Positions 17,978 to 27,823 of a stretch of 38,081 bases of DNA are shown in pieces (within the stretch, counting starts at the first letter, position 1; each line of letters begins with the position of its first letter). Source of the DNA: Candidatus Hydrogenedentota bacterium. Lineage in GTDB: Bacteria > JBFMHD01. The stretch spans positions 1 to 38,081 of the forward strand of contig JBFMHD010000003.1 of the NCBI GenBank assembly GCA_040752395.1. Reading direction: 5' to 3'. Below the pieces are notes generated by a model. It saw only the letters and a program-made list of their open reading frames with translations, had not been told where the DNA came from and made no database searches. Both the position numbers and the translations under genes were made by a program.

Positions 17978-20148
17978 TTTATTTGTTCCTGCTTATCTCT
18001 CAAACTTTTTAATACAGATGTTATAGAGTATTTCTGGGTTTCTGTTTCCAATTCTTCATCTATGTCTTTTTCAATCTCAATCATACCTTTCTCACCAAGT
18101 CCAAGTATAATTCTGAATGCTTCTTTTTTTAACTCATCTTTAGTCTGTGAAATAAGACTTTTAACTGCGTCGGTTTTTACCCTTGCCTCTGGGTCCTGCA
18201 GAAGAAACCCTGCCAGACGCAATGCTTTAACATCCTCTACCTGACCACATACCCACGCCGCTGTGGCTCTCATCCATTTATCATCACTTGATGCCATCTT
18301 TTGAAGTATTTTATAACACTCCGGCGCCATAAATTGATAGAGGAGTTTACAGGCATTGCCTTTAACCCTGTTATTATCTGATTCAAGTAACGGTGAGATA
18401 CTAATAACAACTTTATTTTTATCTATTATAGGCACTATGGTTCGTTCAATCGCTTCAATTGCATTAGCACAAACTCGTGGATCCTCATCTTTAAGAAGTT
18501 TGAGGAATTCATCAAGCAATCTCCTATCTTTAAGAAGCCCGAGTTGAGTAACAGCAGTGGCTCTAATTTTTTTATCATCATCCTTCAAACATCTTTTAAG
18601 ATGTAGGATTTTACTTTCTTCCTCAAAATTCGATATGCTTAAACAGGCAGCATATCTTATATCAGGATCAGGTTCTGTTAAAGCCTTGATTATAATTTTT
18701 AAGCTATCTTTATTTTTTAACTTACCAAGTCCGATCAAGATTTCTTTTCTTTCTTCAATATTAACAGTTATCTGATATAATCTCATAAAAAAATCTGTTA
18801 CTTTAATATCTTCTATATTTGAGAGAGCCTGTAATATAACTATTTTCTCATTTTCATCTATTGTATGTGTATAGATATCAATAAGTATCTCAACCCCTTC
18901 CTTTGATTTTAATTTACCCAGGAGTTTTGCATAATTTAATAAAGAATACTCTTCTTTTTTTATTTTTTTTTCTTTTATGTCTCTGATAATAATGTTGAAT
19001 AATCTATTTTTCTGCCATTTATAACGTAAATTAAAAATCTCGGAAAATAAATATTCTTTATCTTCTTTTCCTCTCATCTCAAGATAACCATAAATTTTTT
19101 GTTTCAATCCCTCAATATCAATATCTTGTTCACTCTTTAAAAAATCGAGAATCGAGCCCAGAATTTCTTTATCTTTGATATCTGTCATAATGTTTTTAAT
19201 TTCTTTTCCCAGCAAGTCAAGACCATCAGGGGCACCTGTTTCCTCTTTTTCCTTTTCACCTTTCTTTACCTTTATATTTTTAATTTGCTGATAATAATTT
19301 ATTACGAAGGCGATGAGTTCTTCTCTGTCTTTTATAAGTCTATAGACTGTCTCCATCAAAACATTTGAGAATAACTCGTCAGCTTTTAACATTTCATCAA
19401 TAAACACTTTAATAATATGTGATGTAGCTCTGTTTATCTTACGTAAAACAGCGATTTTAATAATTTTCTCTTTGGTATTAAAAACTTCTAAAAGAAAGTC
19501 TAATGAACGTATATCATCTATTTTTGAAATAACATCTATAATACTTACCTTTTCTGCTAAAGTAGCGGTTGTCCATAAGCGTTTCATAGCATCGAGTAAT
19601 TTCAAATCTGCGTAAGAAGCAAGTAATCTGATAGATAGTATCCTGACCTTTTCAGAAGCGGTCGGTAAAATCTTGAAAACCTCGTTTAAAATTCTAATAT
19701 TTTTTTTACCCATCAACGATTCGAGCGCTGCTTCGACTAAAGTTTCATCTTTATCTTTTACAAATCTTAATATCGCATTCAATGATTCTTCAGTATCAAA
19801 TCTTTTAAGCCCCTGGATAGCTTCTCTTACCACTTCGTTATCATTATCTGATAGAGCTTTAAAATAAATAGCTTGGTTATTATAATCCGGCAGTAACCTC
19901 AAAATAAATAAAGCGGTTTTTCTTAAGAGCGGTTCTTTATCGGAGCAGCTTAATTCAAATATATTTCTTACCGCAGCCGAATCGTACCAGGCAAGATATT
20001 TCAGACTCAAAGCCCTTGTCTCAGTATCGCCTTTATCCCATAATTCAAGAAGATATTGATAAGCATCGGTTGTTTTAAGACTCGCGAGGTTCTGTAACAG
20101 TTCTCTGTTTTTATTCCAATCCATAGTTTCTGCCTGTCCTTCACTCAA
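17974..20148 (-). CDS. HEAT/PBS-lyase repeat protein
   Basis: Repeated L.D.D..VR..A...L units throughout 724 aa; TTG start. Confidence 0.85.
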   Translation of the reverse strand: MSEGQAETMDWNKNRELLQNLASLKTTDAYQYLLELWDKGDTETRALSLKYLAWYDSAAVRNIFELSCSDKEPLLRKTALFILRLLPDYNNQAIYFKALSDNDNEVVREAIQGLKRFDTEESLNAILRFVKDKDETLVEAALESLMGKKNIRILNEVFKILPTASEKVRILSIRLLASYADLKLLDAMKRLWTTATLAEKVSIIDVISKIDDIRSLDFLLEVFNTKEKIIKIAVLRKINRATSHIIKVFIDEMLKADELFSNVLMETVYRLIKDREELIAFVINYYQQIKNIKVKKGEKEKEETGAPDGLDLLGKEIKNIMTDIKDKEILGSILDFLKSEQDIDIEGLKQKIYGYLEMRGKEDKEYLFSEIFNLRYKWQKNRLFNIIIRDIKEKKIKKEEYSLLNYAKLLGKLKSKEGVEILIDIYTHTIDENEKIVILQALSNIEDIKVTDFFMRLYQITVNIEERKEILIGLGKLKNKDSLKIIIKALTEPDPDIRYAACLSISNFEEESKILHLKRCLKDDDKKIRATAVTQLGLLKDRRLLDEFLKLLKDEDPRVCANAIEAIERTIVPIIDKNKVVISISPLLESDNNRVKGNACKLLYQFMAPECYKILQKMASSDDKWMRATAAWVCGQVEDVKALRLAGFLLQDPEARVKTDAVKSLISQTKDELKKEAFRIILGLGEKGMIEIEKDIDEELETETQKYSITSVLKSLRDKQEQIK

Positions 20149-20161
20149 TTTGGTTCACCAG

Positions 20162-21754
20162 TCAATCTTCTACCTCCACTACCTCTCCACCAAGTATATC
20201 CTTTAGCTTTTTTACTGTGGGATGTTTTTTTGCTTCAAATATTTTATCGTCAATTTTATTACTCTCTTTTTCCTGTGATATCGTTTCATCTTTATCAATC
20301 GTTAATTTAAAGTTATATTTAGAAAGATATTTTTTAAAAATTATCTCAAGTATATCCATTCTTCTCTCAACCTCCTTTTTATGTCTATCAGATGCCACGG
20401 TAAAAATAATGTTATTCTCTCTGATAACATATTTTACAGGGTTTAGCCAGGCTCTTAAAATAGGGTTTTCTCTGTCAATCTCTTTTAAGAAAAGGTCGAT
20501 TAAATTTAATTCGTTTTCATCTTCACAAGAGTCACTATCAATATCAATTAATTTTGTTTTTTCCCTGAAATCCATCATTTTTTCATTACTTGCCAGTCTC
20601 GTTGTTGCTGTGCTACCAACCTCATAGTATAACTCCATCATCTTCTCGGTTATTTCTTTTAAGGTGAGTGGTTCGACCCCAAATTGAGATATCCTGTGCA
20701 ACGAAAACAATAGAACATCTTCAGGGAAAGTAGATTTTTTACACCACTCATATGCTCTCAGTATGTTTTCGAGTACCTCCTCAATAAATCTTAAATTCAT
20801 TCCAAGGGCTAAGTCTTTAATCCTGTCATTATCTATAAACGGATATTCTATACTATCAAAATTCTTTATTACTTTTACCTCAAGCAGTGTTCTTAAAAAA
20901 TGTATAAATCCTTCAATAAAACTCAGGATATTAGCAGAATGTTTTGATACATCATTTATTATCTCTAAAACTTTTTTACTTTCATTTTTATTAATAGCTG
21001 TTAAAAGTTCAGGATACAATTCGGTTTTTGTAAAACCAAGCACTGTTTTAACAGCTTCTGTTTTTATGTCTTTTTCGCAATAAGATATAACAAGGTCAAG
21101 GAGACTTAAAGCGTCTCTCATACTCCCATCAGAAGCAAATGAAATAATATCAAGTGCCCCATCTTCAAAATTAATTTTCTCTTTTATTAATATCTCTTTA
21201 AGCTGAGAATAAATTAGCGTTTTTGATATCCTGTGAAAATCAAATCTCTGACATCTCGAAATGATAGTAGGTGGTAACTTTTCAGGAGCAGTTGTAGCAA
21301 GAATAAATACAACATAGAATGGCGGTTCCTCAAGTGTTTTAAGTAATGCATTAAACGCCTCAGGAGTAAGCATATGAACCTCATCTATTATATAAATTTT
21401 ATACTTTGAGTTAAGCGGAGATACCCTCACCTTCTCTTTTAATAGCCTTATCTCATCAATCCCGCGATTAGATGCACCATCAATCTCATATACATCTAAA
21501 GCCCTGTCCTCATTTATTTCAGTACATTTTTCACATACATTACAGGGTCTATCTTTAGATGAGAGACAATTTAGCGCTTTTGCAAGTATCCTCGCAGTTG
21601 AAGTTTTCCCTATGCCGCGACATCCTGAAAATAAATAAGCATGATGAACCATATCAAGTTTTATAGCATTCTTTAGCGTTCTTGCAGTAAAATCCTGGCC
21701 TATTAGAGTGTCAAAATCCAAAGGCCGATACTTCCGAGCAAGCGCTAGATACAT
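20162..21754 (-). CDS. dnaX: DNA polymerase III subunit gamma/tau
   Basis: LARKYRP, G.RGIGKTS, Zn cluster, IIDEVHML, NALLKTLEEPP, SRC. Confidence 0.96.
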   Translation of the reverse strand: MYLALARKYRPLDFDTLIGQDFTARTLKNAIKLDMVHHAYLFSGCRGIGKTSTARILAKALNCLSSKDRPCNVCEKCTEINEDRALDVYEIDGASNRGIDEIRLLKEKVRVSPLNSKYKIYIIDEVHMLTPEAFNALLKTLEEPPFYVVFILATTAPEKLPPTIISRCQRFDFHRISKTLIYSQLKEILIKEKINFEDGALDIISFASDGSMRDALSLLDLVISYCEKDIKTEAVKTVLGFTKTELYPELLTAINKNESKKVLEIINDVSKHSANILSFIEGFIHFLRTLLEVKVIKNFDSIEYPFIDNDRIKDLALGMNLRFIEEVLENILRAYEWCKKSTFPEDVLLFSLHRISQFGVEPLTLKEITEKMMELYYEVGSTATTRLASNEKMMDFREKTKLIDIDSDSCEDENELNLIDLFLKEIDRENPILRAWLNPVKYVIRENNIIFTVASDRHKKEVERRMDILEIIFKKYLSKYNFKLTIDKDETISQEKESNKIDDKIFEAKKHPTVKKLKDILGGEVVEVED

Positions 21755-21762
21755 CGATATAC

Positions 21763-22150
21763 CCTCCTCTGAAAAACGCTGTAACTCTGATAATTCGGGC
21801 TACAGGCTACGGGCTACGGACTACAGCCGGCTGGAGCCAAAAGCCCAAAGCCTGCTGAAAAGTCTTGAGTCTTGAGTCTCGAGTCCTGTTTTGACTCACG
21901 ACTTGCGACTCACGACTCTTTTTATATCATCTTTGGTTTTTCATATATTGTGTAGAGCGCAAAAACGCAATAACCCAAGAACCCAAGAACCCAATAGTGT
22001 AGAGCGCAACCCGCGCTCATGAGTACTCCTCTGTGCCTGTCTATAGATGGGTAAACCCGGCTCTACTACGGGTCTTGTGACCCTCACTACTGGACTGATT
22101 TCATTTTGCGATCTGCATTTTGCATTTTTCAATTTGCAATTCGACATTCG
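21763..22150. repeat. Composite element (modules A(part)-B-C-F-G) between SRP RNA and dnaX
   Basis: Shares B and C with 5000/15913; gggtcttgtgaccc with 31332; TTTGCAT heptamers. Confidence 0.9.
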
Positions 22151-22165
22151 CAAGAATGTCGTCTA

Positions 22166-22442
22166 ACGGTTGTGCACCTGAAACTCGACCAGTTGGGATA
22201 AGCTCAATCAAAATAAGAGGTCTCCGGTCCAGCACCTCTGCGGCTCACAGGTAAAATTGTTTATGGCTGCTCGGTTCCCCGCCTGACCAGGTTCACAAAT
22301 AACCTGTAGCACAGAACCAGACCTTCATCGACCCACAATCTTAATTGCTTTTTACCTTGCCTTGCCTCATATCAGGAATTAAGCCCTGCTATGGCGGGTT
22401 GCAGGTTCAGGGCACCGCCAGCTCCCCGCTTAGCACAACCGT
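22166..22442 (-). ncRNA. ffs: Large bacterial signal recognition particle RNA (Alu + S domains)
   Basis: Terminal helix ACGGTTGTGC/GCACAACCGT; Alu region GCGGGGAG..GCGGTGCCCTG.ACCTGCAA.CCGC; helix 8 GTCAGGCGG-GGAA-CCGAGCAGC; upstream of dnaX as in Bacillus scr. Confidence 0.92.
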
Positions 22443-22491
22443 AATCATATCTCATACATCATCGCCATTGAAAAGTGTGCCTATAAAAATT

Positions 22492-22522
22492 ATTGTATAT
22501 CATAATTTAATTTTATAGTCAA
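22492..22522 (-). promoter_or_regulatory. Candidate promoter for SRP RNA/dnaX
   Basis: TTGACT...TACAAT on the - strand, 19-nt spacer (long). Confidence 0.3.
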
Positions 22523-22596
22523 AAATATTATTTTTTATAACGAGTGTTTATAGATTTTTTCTCTTTCTTTAAAAATGTCTATTAAGGTTTCTTTTG

Positions 22597-23760
22597 TCAG
22601 TCGGATTCTTTTAATTTATTCCAGAATAGTTTCTCAGCTTCCTGATATTTGTTTAAACTCTCGTTTAATACCTGCAGCGTATTCTTATATTCTTCACTTT
22701 GCGGAGCCAATGTTTTTAAACTCTCAACGGTCTCATTAATAATCTCGGCCTGCTCTGACATTATTGTGACTATATCATATATTGTAATCTGTGTTCTCTC
22801 TTTTTTATCAGGTTTGTGAAGCAGTCTCCAGGGTCTATGTCTTAATTCCTGGGATAAAGCATTCACATTATTCGTAATACTAACAACATTGTCTATTATC
22901 TTATCTATATCAGCTCTATTCTCTTTTACTAAACTATTAAGTGTATCAAGTGTAGTTTGTAATTTACTACCAGCTTGATTCAGGTTGGTTATTAATTCTT
23001 CTATATCGTTCTGTTTCTTTTTTAATATTTGATAGATTACTTTAATAGCCTCGGAGAGATTAGAAACTGTTATAGATAGTGTATCAGAATTTTTACTGAT
23101 AAAATTATTAGCTTTCTCTGTTAAGGAATTAATGTTTGTAATAGTGGACGAAATTTTAGGTTTTTCTTTAGATAACAAATCTTTAGCATCTTTTAATAAA
23201 ATCTTTGCATGGTTAGATGCATCATTTAAATTAGCAAGCATCTCATCAACATCGCCACTCTGGTCTACTCTGCCGAATAAATTGTTTAAATGGTCAAGTA
23301 GACTCTCTACTTTTGTAATAACATCACTGGCACCAGAGGTTAATTCAGAGAATTCAAGCGGTGGTTTGCCAATAATAATATCTTCCTTTTTAATATTACC
23401 TTTACCTGCTTTAATAACAAGCGAGGTTACGCCTGTTAAAGTAGCAGAGATAGTAGCTTTAGAATCATCTCTTATAATAACATCCTTTGTTACCTCGCAA
23501 GAAACTTCTACATGTGTAATTGTTTCTTTATTTATTTCAAGCGGTACAAACTTCATCTCTTTTACACTGCCGCTTTCTACACCTGCATAAAACACTGGGT
23601 CACCAATTTTTAACCCTTTTGCATCATAAAAATAAATTTTAACAATCTTTTTATCTTTAAACATCTCACCATAATCACCAACAATAATCAGAATAGCAGT
23701 AAATAATATTACACACACAAGTACCATAACACCGACTTTGAACTCGTTACTTATTCTCAT
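22597..23760 (-). CDS. mlaD: MCE/MlaD family protein with long helical C-terminal region
   Basis: EFKVG N-terminal TM, F.DAKGL..GDPV.YAGV..G.V MCE motif; coiled coil; P..LL tail. Confidence 0.88.
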   Translation of the reverse strand: MRISNEFKVGVMVLVCVILFTAILIIVGDYGEMFKDKKIVKIYFYDAKGLKIGDPVFYAGVESGSVKEMKFVPLEINKETITHVEVSCEVTKDVIIRDDSKATISATLTGVTSLVIKAGKGNIKKEDIIIGKPPLEFSELTSGASDVITKVESLLDHLNNLFGRVDQSGDVDEMLANLNDASNHAKILLKDAKDLLSKEKPKISSTITNINSLTEKANNFISKNSDTLSITVSNLSEAIKVIYQILKKKQNDIEELITNLNQAGSKLQTTLDTLNSLVKENRADIDKIIDNVVSITNNVNALSQELRHRPWRLLHKPDKKERTQITIYDIVTIMSEQAEIINETVESLKTLAPQSEEYKNTLQVLNESLNKYQEAEKLFWNKLKESD

Positions 23761-24581
23761 TTTCGTTTCTCCTCTTCCAACCCCAGTAAATCCTGGAGAT
23801 AATCTTTACTCGACCTTGACAAAGGTATTGGTCCATCAGCAAGCCCTTCAATAAACTGGTTTACATAGGGATTAGTTTTAGCTTCGTTCTGTATTTGGGT
23901 TGGTGGTCCTTCAGCCAGTATCCTACCATTAAAAAAGTAGATAATGTTATCAGCTATCCTGAAAGTGCTTTTCATATCATGGGTTACAACAACATTAGTC
24001 ATATTCATAGTTTCTTTAAATTTTATAATGAGTTCATCTATAACCGCGGTCATAACAGGGTCAAGTCCTGCACTCGGTTCATCATAAAATATTATTTCAG
24101 GGTCCATAGCGATAGCTCGCGCGAGTGCTACCCGTTTCTTCATACCACCGCTTATTTCAGCTGGTATCAGTTTTTCAAAATCCCGAAGGCCTACCATCTC
24201 AAGCTTCATTTTTACCATAATCTCTATAACATCATCAGTCAGATTAGTATGCTCTTTAAGAGATAGCGCAACATTTTCACCCAGAGTCATAGAGTTATAT
24301 AAAGCACCTGATTGAAAAAGTATGCCAAACCGCTTCCTTATATGATCAAACTCTTTGCTTGACATACCTTTAATATCATTCCCAAAGAGTTTTACTACGC
24401 CTACATCGGCTTTCTCTATGCCTACAAGGATCTTAAGTAAAGTACTTTTACCGCAACCACTCCCACCAAGTATAACAAGTGTCTCGCCCTTTTTTACTTT
24501 GAAATTAACATTATCAAGAACCTTACGGACACCATCAAAACTCTTTGATAACCCCTCAACCTCAATTATATATTCAGCCAT
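23757..24581 (-). CDS. mlaF: MCE-system ABC ATPase (MlaF/Mkl)
   Basis: GGSGCGKST, LFQSGALY.SMT..ENVA, ISGGMKKRVALARA, YDEPSAGLDP, VTHD. Confidence 0.92.
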   Translation of the reverse strand: MAEYIIEVEGLSKSFDGVRKVLDNVNFKVKKGETLVILGGSGCGKSTLLKILVGIEKADVGVVKLFGNDIKGMSSKEFDHIRKRFGILFQSGALYNSMTLGENVALSLKEHTNLTDDVIEIMVKMKLEMVGLRDFEKLIPAEISGGMKKRVALARAIAMDPEIIFYDEPSAGLDPVMTAVIDELIIKFKETMNMTNVVVTHDMKSTFRIADNIIYFFNGRILAEGPPTQIQNEAKTNPYVNQFIEGLADGPIPLSRSSKDYLQDLLGLEEEKRK

Positions 24582-24585
24582 ATTT

Positions 24586-25380
24586 TTACCATATATAATA
24601 AAATAAAGCTGCGAAATAACAATCAGCTACTATAATAAACACTATGGATAAAACTACAGTGATAGTCGTACACTTACCAACACCCTCGGCACCACCCTTT
24701 ACCTTAAATCCTTCATAACACGCGATTAAAGTAATGATTATAGCAAAGACCTCGCTTTTGATTAATCCTTGAAAAAAATCAGAGAGTGTCAAATCCTCAA
24801 GTGTTTTATTCCAGTAAAGAACAGGTCCGATATCAAGTATCGTTGTTCCAATAATAAATCCACCTAACACTCCTATCAAATCACCAAGTATCACAAGACA
24901 GGGCACCATAATCATAGTAGCAAGCAGCCGTGGCACCACAAGAAATCTTACAGGGTCAATAGCCTGAGTACGTAATGCTTCGACCTCTTCACCAACAACC
25001 ATAGTCCCTATCTCAGCAGCAAACGAAGCACCCACAAAACCTGACATTACAATACAGGCAAGTAGTGGTCCTAATTCTCTAAAAATAGAGACAGAGATAA
25101 CATTCGCAACATACTCAAGAACACCAAAGTCTTTAAGGATACCTGATAACTGAAAAGCTAAGATCATCCCTACAAAAAGTAAAACAAGCGCAACGATTGG
25201 GATAGAATTAACCCCAACCCTTACCATCTGAAAGAAAAGATTCGATAACTGAAACCTCACCTGACGACTAACTATTTTTGTAAACCAATACGACGAAGCA
25301 AAAAATAACGAGAATAAACCACCACAATAAGAGATAAAATCTACAGTATTTTTACCAATGTATTCTACCAGTACCCTCAA
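24586..25380 (-). CDS. mlaE: MCE-system permease MlaE
   Basis: RELGPLL, AAEIGTM.V.EEVEAL, DP.RFLVVPR, GAEGVG..TT..VV. Confidence 0.92.
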   Translation of the reverse strand: MRVLVEYIGKNTVDFISYCGGLFSLFFASSYWFTKIVSRQVRFQLSNLFFQMVRVGVNSIPIVALVLLFVGMILAFQLSGILKDFGVLEYVANVISVSIFRELGPLLACIVMSGFVGASFAAEIGTMVVGEEVEALRTQAIDPVRFLVVPRLLATMIMVPCLVILGDLIGVLGGFIIGTTILDIGPVLYWNKTLEDLTLSDFFQGLIKSEVFAIIITLIACYEGFKVKGGAEGVGKCTTITVVLSIVFIIVADCYFAALFYYIW

Positions 25381-25694
25381 TTTGACCTCTCAATCTTAAA
25401 AACACTCTGTAAACGAGCTATACCAAATACATCCATAATTTTATTAGAAGGGTTATAAAGAATTAGTTCACCCTTTTTCTTATTAATATGTCGCAACCCA
25501 TCAATAAAAATGGCTATCCCTGAACTATCCATATATACAACTTCACTCATATCAATATATATCTTATCACCATTTGAGATTGACTCAATAATCTCTATTA
25601 AACTTTTATGTACTGTTGAAGCGGTATGCATATCAATCTCGCCTTTTACTTTAATCCCTTTTTTTGATTTTATCTCTACTTTTGTAATTTCCAT
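25377..25694 (-). CDS. STAS-domain protein (anti-anti-sigma RsbV/SpoIIAA-like; MlaB-like position)
   Basis: KGEID, DMSEVVYMDSSG phospho-Ser motif; GAGGGG RBS before ATG 25694; stop overlaps mlaE start. Confidence 0.88.
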   Translation of the reverse strand: MEITKVEIKSKKGIKVKGEIDMHTASTVHKSLIEIIESISNGDKIYIDMSEVVYMDSSGIAIFIDGLRHINKKKGELILYNPSNKIMDVFGIARLQSVFKIERSN

Positions 25695-25716
25695 AAGATA
25701 AACCCCTCTAATATAA

Positions 25717-25780
25717 AAGCAAGATACAAGAGGCAAGAAGCAAGATAACGGAAGAAGTAAGAAGTGAGAACTAAAGAAGT
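25717..25780. repeat. Partial element (GAAGCAA and GAAGTAA heptamers)
   Basis: gaggcaagaagcaagataacggaagaagtaagaagtgagaa. Confidence 0.8.
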
Positions 25781-25781
25781 A

Positions 25782-26207
25782 TCAGGGAACAGATGGTGGT
25801 AGTTTTTTGGTTAATCTTAAAAGATTACCAGGTGTAAAACTTTCGTCGTATTCCCAGGAATCCATAATGGTTCTTATAAAATGGACACCAAGACCATGCG
25901 GTCTTATATCATCCAGGTCACGCGGTCTAATTTTCGAGACATCAACTTTGGGGCCATAATCGATAATTTCTATTACCAGTCTGCTACTATTGGGTTGAAA
26001 AGATATCTCGATAGGACTATTACAGTCACCTTTATAACAATGTCTGATTATATTTGTTACAGCTTCATCTACACAGAGTTTTATCCGATTAACATCTTCT
26101 TCAGAAAATTTTAATGTAGTAGTAATTTCTTCTGTTACTCGTCTCACAGAAGATAGATATTTAGACTTACCAGGTATCTTAATTACTATTTTTTCAGCAT
26201 CATCCAT
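25782..26207 (-). CDS. Anti-sigma factor/Ser kinase (RsbW/SpoIIAB-like HATPase_c)
   Basis: VDEAVTNIIRH N-box, IIDYG, GLGVHFI...MD, PGN.L.LTK. Confidence 0.88.
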   Translation of the reverse strand: MDDAEKIVIKIPGKSKYLSSVRRVTEEITTTLKFSEEDVNRIKLCVDEAVTNIIRHCYKGDCNSPIEISFQPNSSRLVIEIIDYGPKVDVSKIRPRDLDDIRPHGLGVHFIRTIMDSWEYDESFTPGNLLRLTKKLPPSVP

Positions 26208-27492
26208 TTTTTTTCTCTACTATCAACAGAGTAATGTCATCCTTCTGTTTCGTTCCTTTACAAAAGTCATCGATACTCTTCAAAATATTATTAATAAGTT
26301 CCTCACCATTTTTATCAATATTTTTAATTAAAACATCTTTCAATCTCTTAACACCAAACAATTCTTCTTTATAATTGGAGGCTTCACTAATACCGTCACT
26401 GTACATTAATAACAAGCTTCTTTCCTGTATGGTGATATTTCGGGATTCGTAATTAGCGTATTCAACAATTCCAAGTGGTGGCCCACTTGCCTCACATATC
26501 TCTATAACTTCTTTTTTGATTTTATCAAGTAACATCACTGCACAATGTCCTGCATTAGCGATACTAATATCGCCGTTTAGCGGGTTAATAAACCCTATCA
26601 CAGAAGTAATAAACATACCGCGATGACTTCTTGGACAAAGGATTTCATTTAAGGCGTTCAGTAATTTATCAGGTGAAGAATAATGTGAAGCCATATGACG
26701 TAAATCAGATATAAACCGTGCCATAAATAATGCTGCAGAAACCCCTTTGCCTGATACATCACCTATAACAAAACAGATCTCACCATTTGCTAAATTAAAA
26801 ACATCATACAGATCACCGCCAACCTCCAACGCGGTTTTATTATAAGCATAGATATTAAATAAATTAGATTCAGGAAAACTTTTGGGTAGAAACGATTGTT
26901 GTATCTCTTTACCGAACTCAAGTTCGCGGATAACTCTGTCCTTCTCAATCTCCACTTTATGAAGCCGCGCATTCTCAATGGCAACTGCGACAAGGTTGCA
27001 AAATGCAGTAAACATCTGAAGGTCTTCTTTATCAAATATCCTGTCCCCCCTTTTATTTATCACCTGACCTGTACCGATAACTTTATTTTTAGCTTTTAAA
27101 GGTACACACATAATACATTTTGTTCTAAACCCTGTCTCATCATCAAATTTTCTGTGAAAGCGCGGGTCTTTATAAGCATCTTCTATAAGCAATGGTTCGC
27201 CATTCTCTGCAACCCAGCCTGAGATACCCTGACCTACTTTTAATCTGAACTTATTTTTTAATTCATCAGCCACCTCACCGCGCGCCACCTCAAAATATAG
27301 CTCCTGTCTTTCTTCATCAAGCAGCATAAAAGACGAGGCATCAGCTTCCATAATCTCCTCAGATAACTTTAATACATTCGCTAATATCTCCTGAAGATTA
27401 AAACTTACACTGATCGACGCTGTCAACGATATCATCTCGTATATCTTATCTACTATCTCTCTGTACCTTTTTAATGTTTCATTGTTTGTCAT
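26200..27492 (-). CDS. GAF + PP2C (SpoIIE/RsbU-like) Ser phosphatase
   Basis: GAF with GISGWVA, FD.ETGF.TK, INK; PP2C VGGDLYD, IGDVSGKG, NAGH, YSDGISEA, DDIT. Confidence 0.92.
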   Translation of the reverse strand: MTNNETLKRYREIVDKIYEMISLTASISVSFNLQEILANVLKLSEEIMEADASSFMLLDEERQELYFEVARGEVADELKNKFRLKVGQGISGWVAENGEPLLIEDAYKDPRFHRKFDDETGFRTKCIMCVPLKAKNKVIGTGQVINKRGDRIFDKEDLQMFTAFCNLVAVAIENARLHKVEIEKDRVIRELEFGKEIQQSFLPKSFPESNLFNIYAYNKTALEVGGDLYDVFNLANGEICFVIGDVSGKGVSAALFMARFISDLRHMASHYSSPDKLLNALNEILCPRSHRGMFITSVIGFINPLNGDISIANAGHCAVMLLDKIKKEVIEICEASGPPLGIVEYANYESRNITIQERSLLLMYSDGISEASNYKEELFGVKRLKDVLIKNIDKNGEELINNILKSIDDFCKGTKQKDDITLLIVEKKNG

Positions 27493-27823
27493 TTCTTTGC
27501 TCCCACCAGTCTTTCCATTTTTCTATAATAAGCTGTTTCTTATTTTGACTTAAATATACTCTAAACCCAAAATCCACTCCTGTCAAGTCAATTAATGCAT
27601 TATTTGCAAAAGTCTGGACCGTTGTCTCATCATCATTCAATAAATCTATAAGTTTAGGGATATCTGAGGTTCTGTTTTTCTCAACTATATATTGTATCGC
27701 CTCTATTTGTTTAATCGGGTCTTTAGAACTCAATCTCGAACTATGGATATATGGATCATATCTGGAACAAGAAGCAAGAAGCAAGAAAATCGGGACAGCT
27801 CTTAATAAAATATTTTTTTTCAT
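27479..27823 (-). CDS. Putative internally initiated HEAT-repeat lipoprotein (114 aa), in frame with the neuB-like ORF
   Basis: AAGGGA upstream of ATG 27823; MKKNILLRAVPIFLLLAS-C lipobox; IPKLIDLLNDDETTVQ..A..AL..LTG..FG...W..WW. Confidence 0.65.
   Translation of the reverse strand: MKKNILLRAVPIFLLLASCSRYDPYIHSSRLSSKDPIKQIEAIQYIVEKNRTSDIPKLIDLLNDDETTVQTFANNALIDLTGVDFGFRVYLSQNKKQLIIEKWKDWWEQRNDKQ

Noticed and set aside
20162-21754. Programmed -1 frameshift in dnaX
   Set aside because: No in-frame A AAA AAG-type slippery heptamer with downstream hairpin was identified by eye.
21941-22153. 70-aa ORF between SRP RNA and dnaX (also the 5' part of 4887-5093)
   Set aside because: Consists of translated repeat modules (LGSWVLG, CKLKNAKC); no sign of a real protein.
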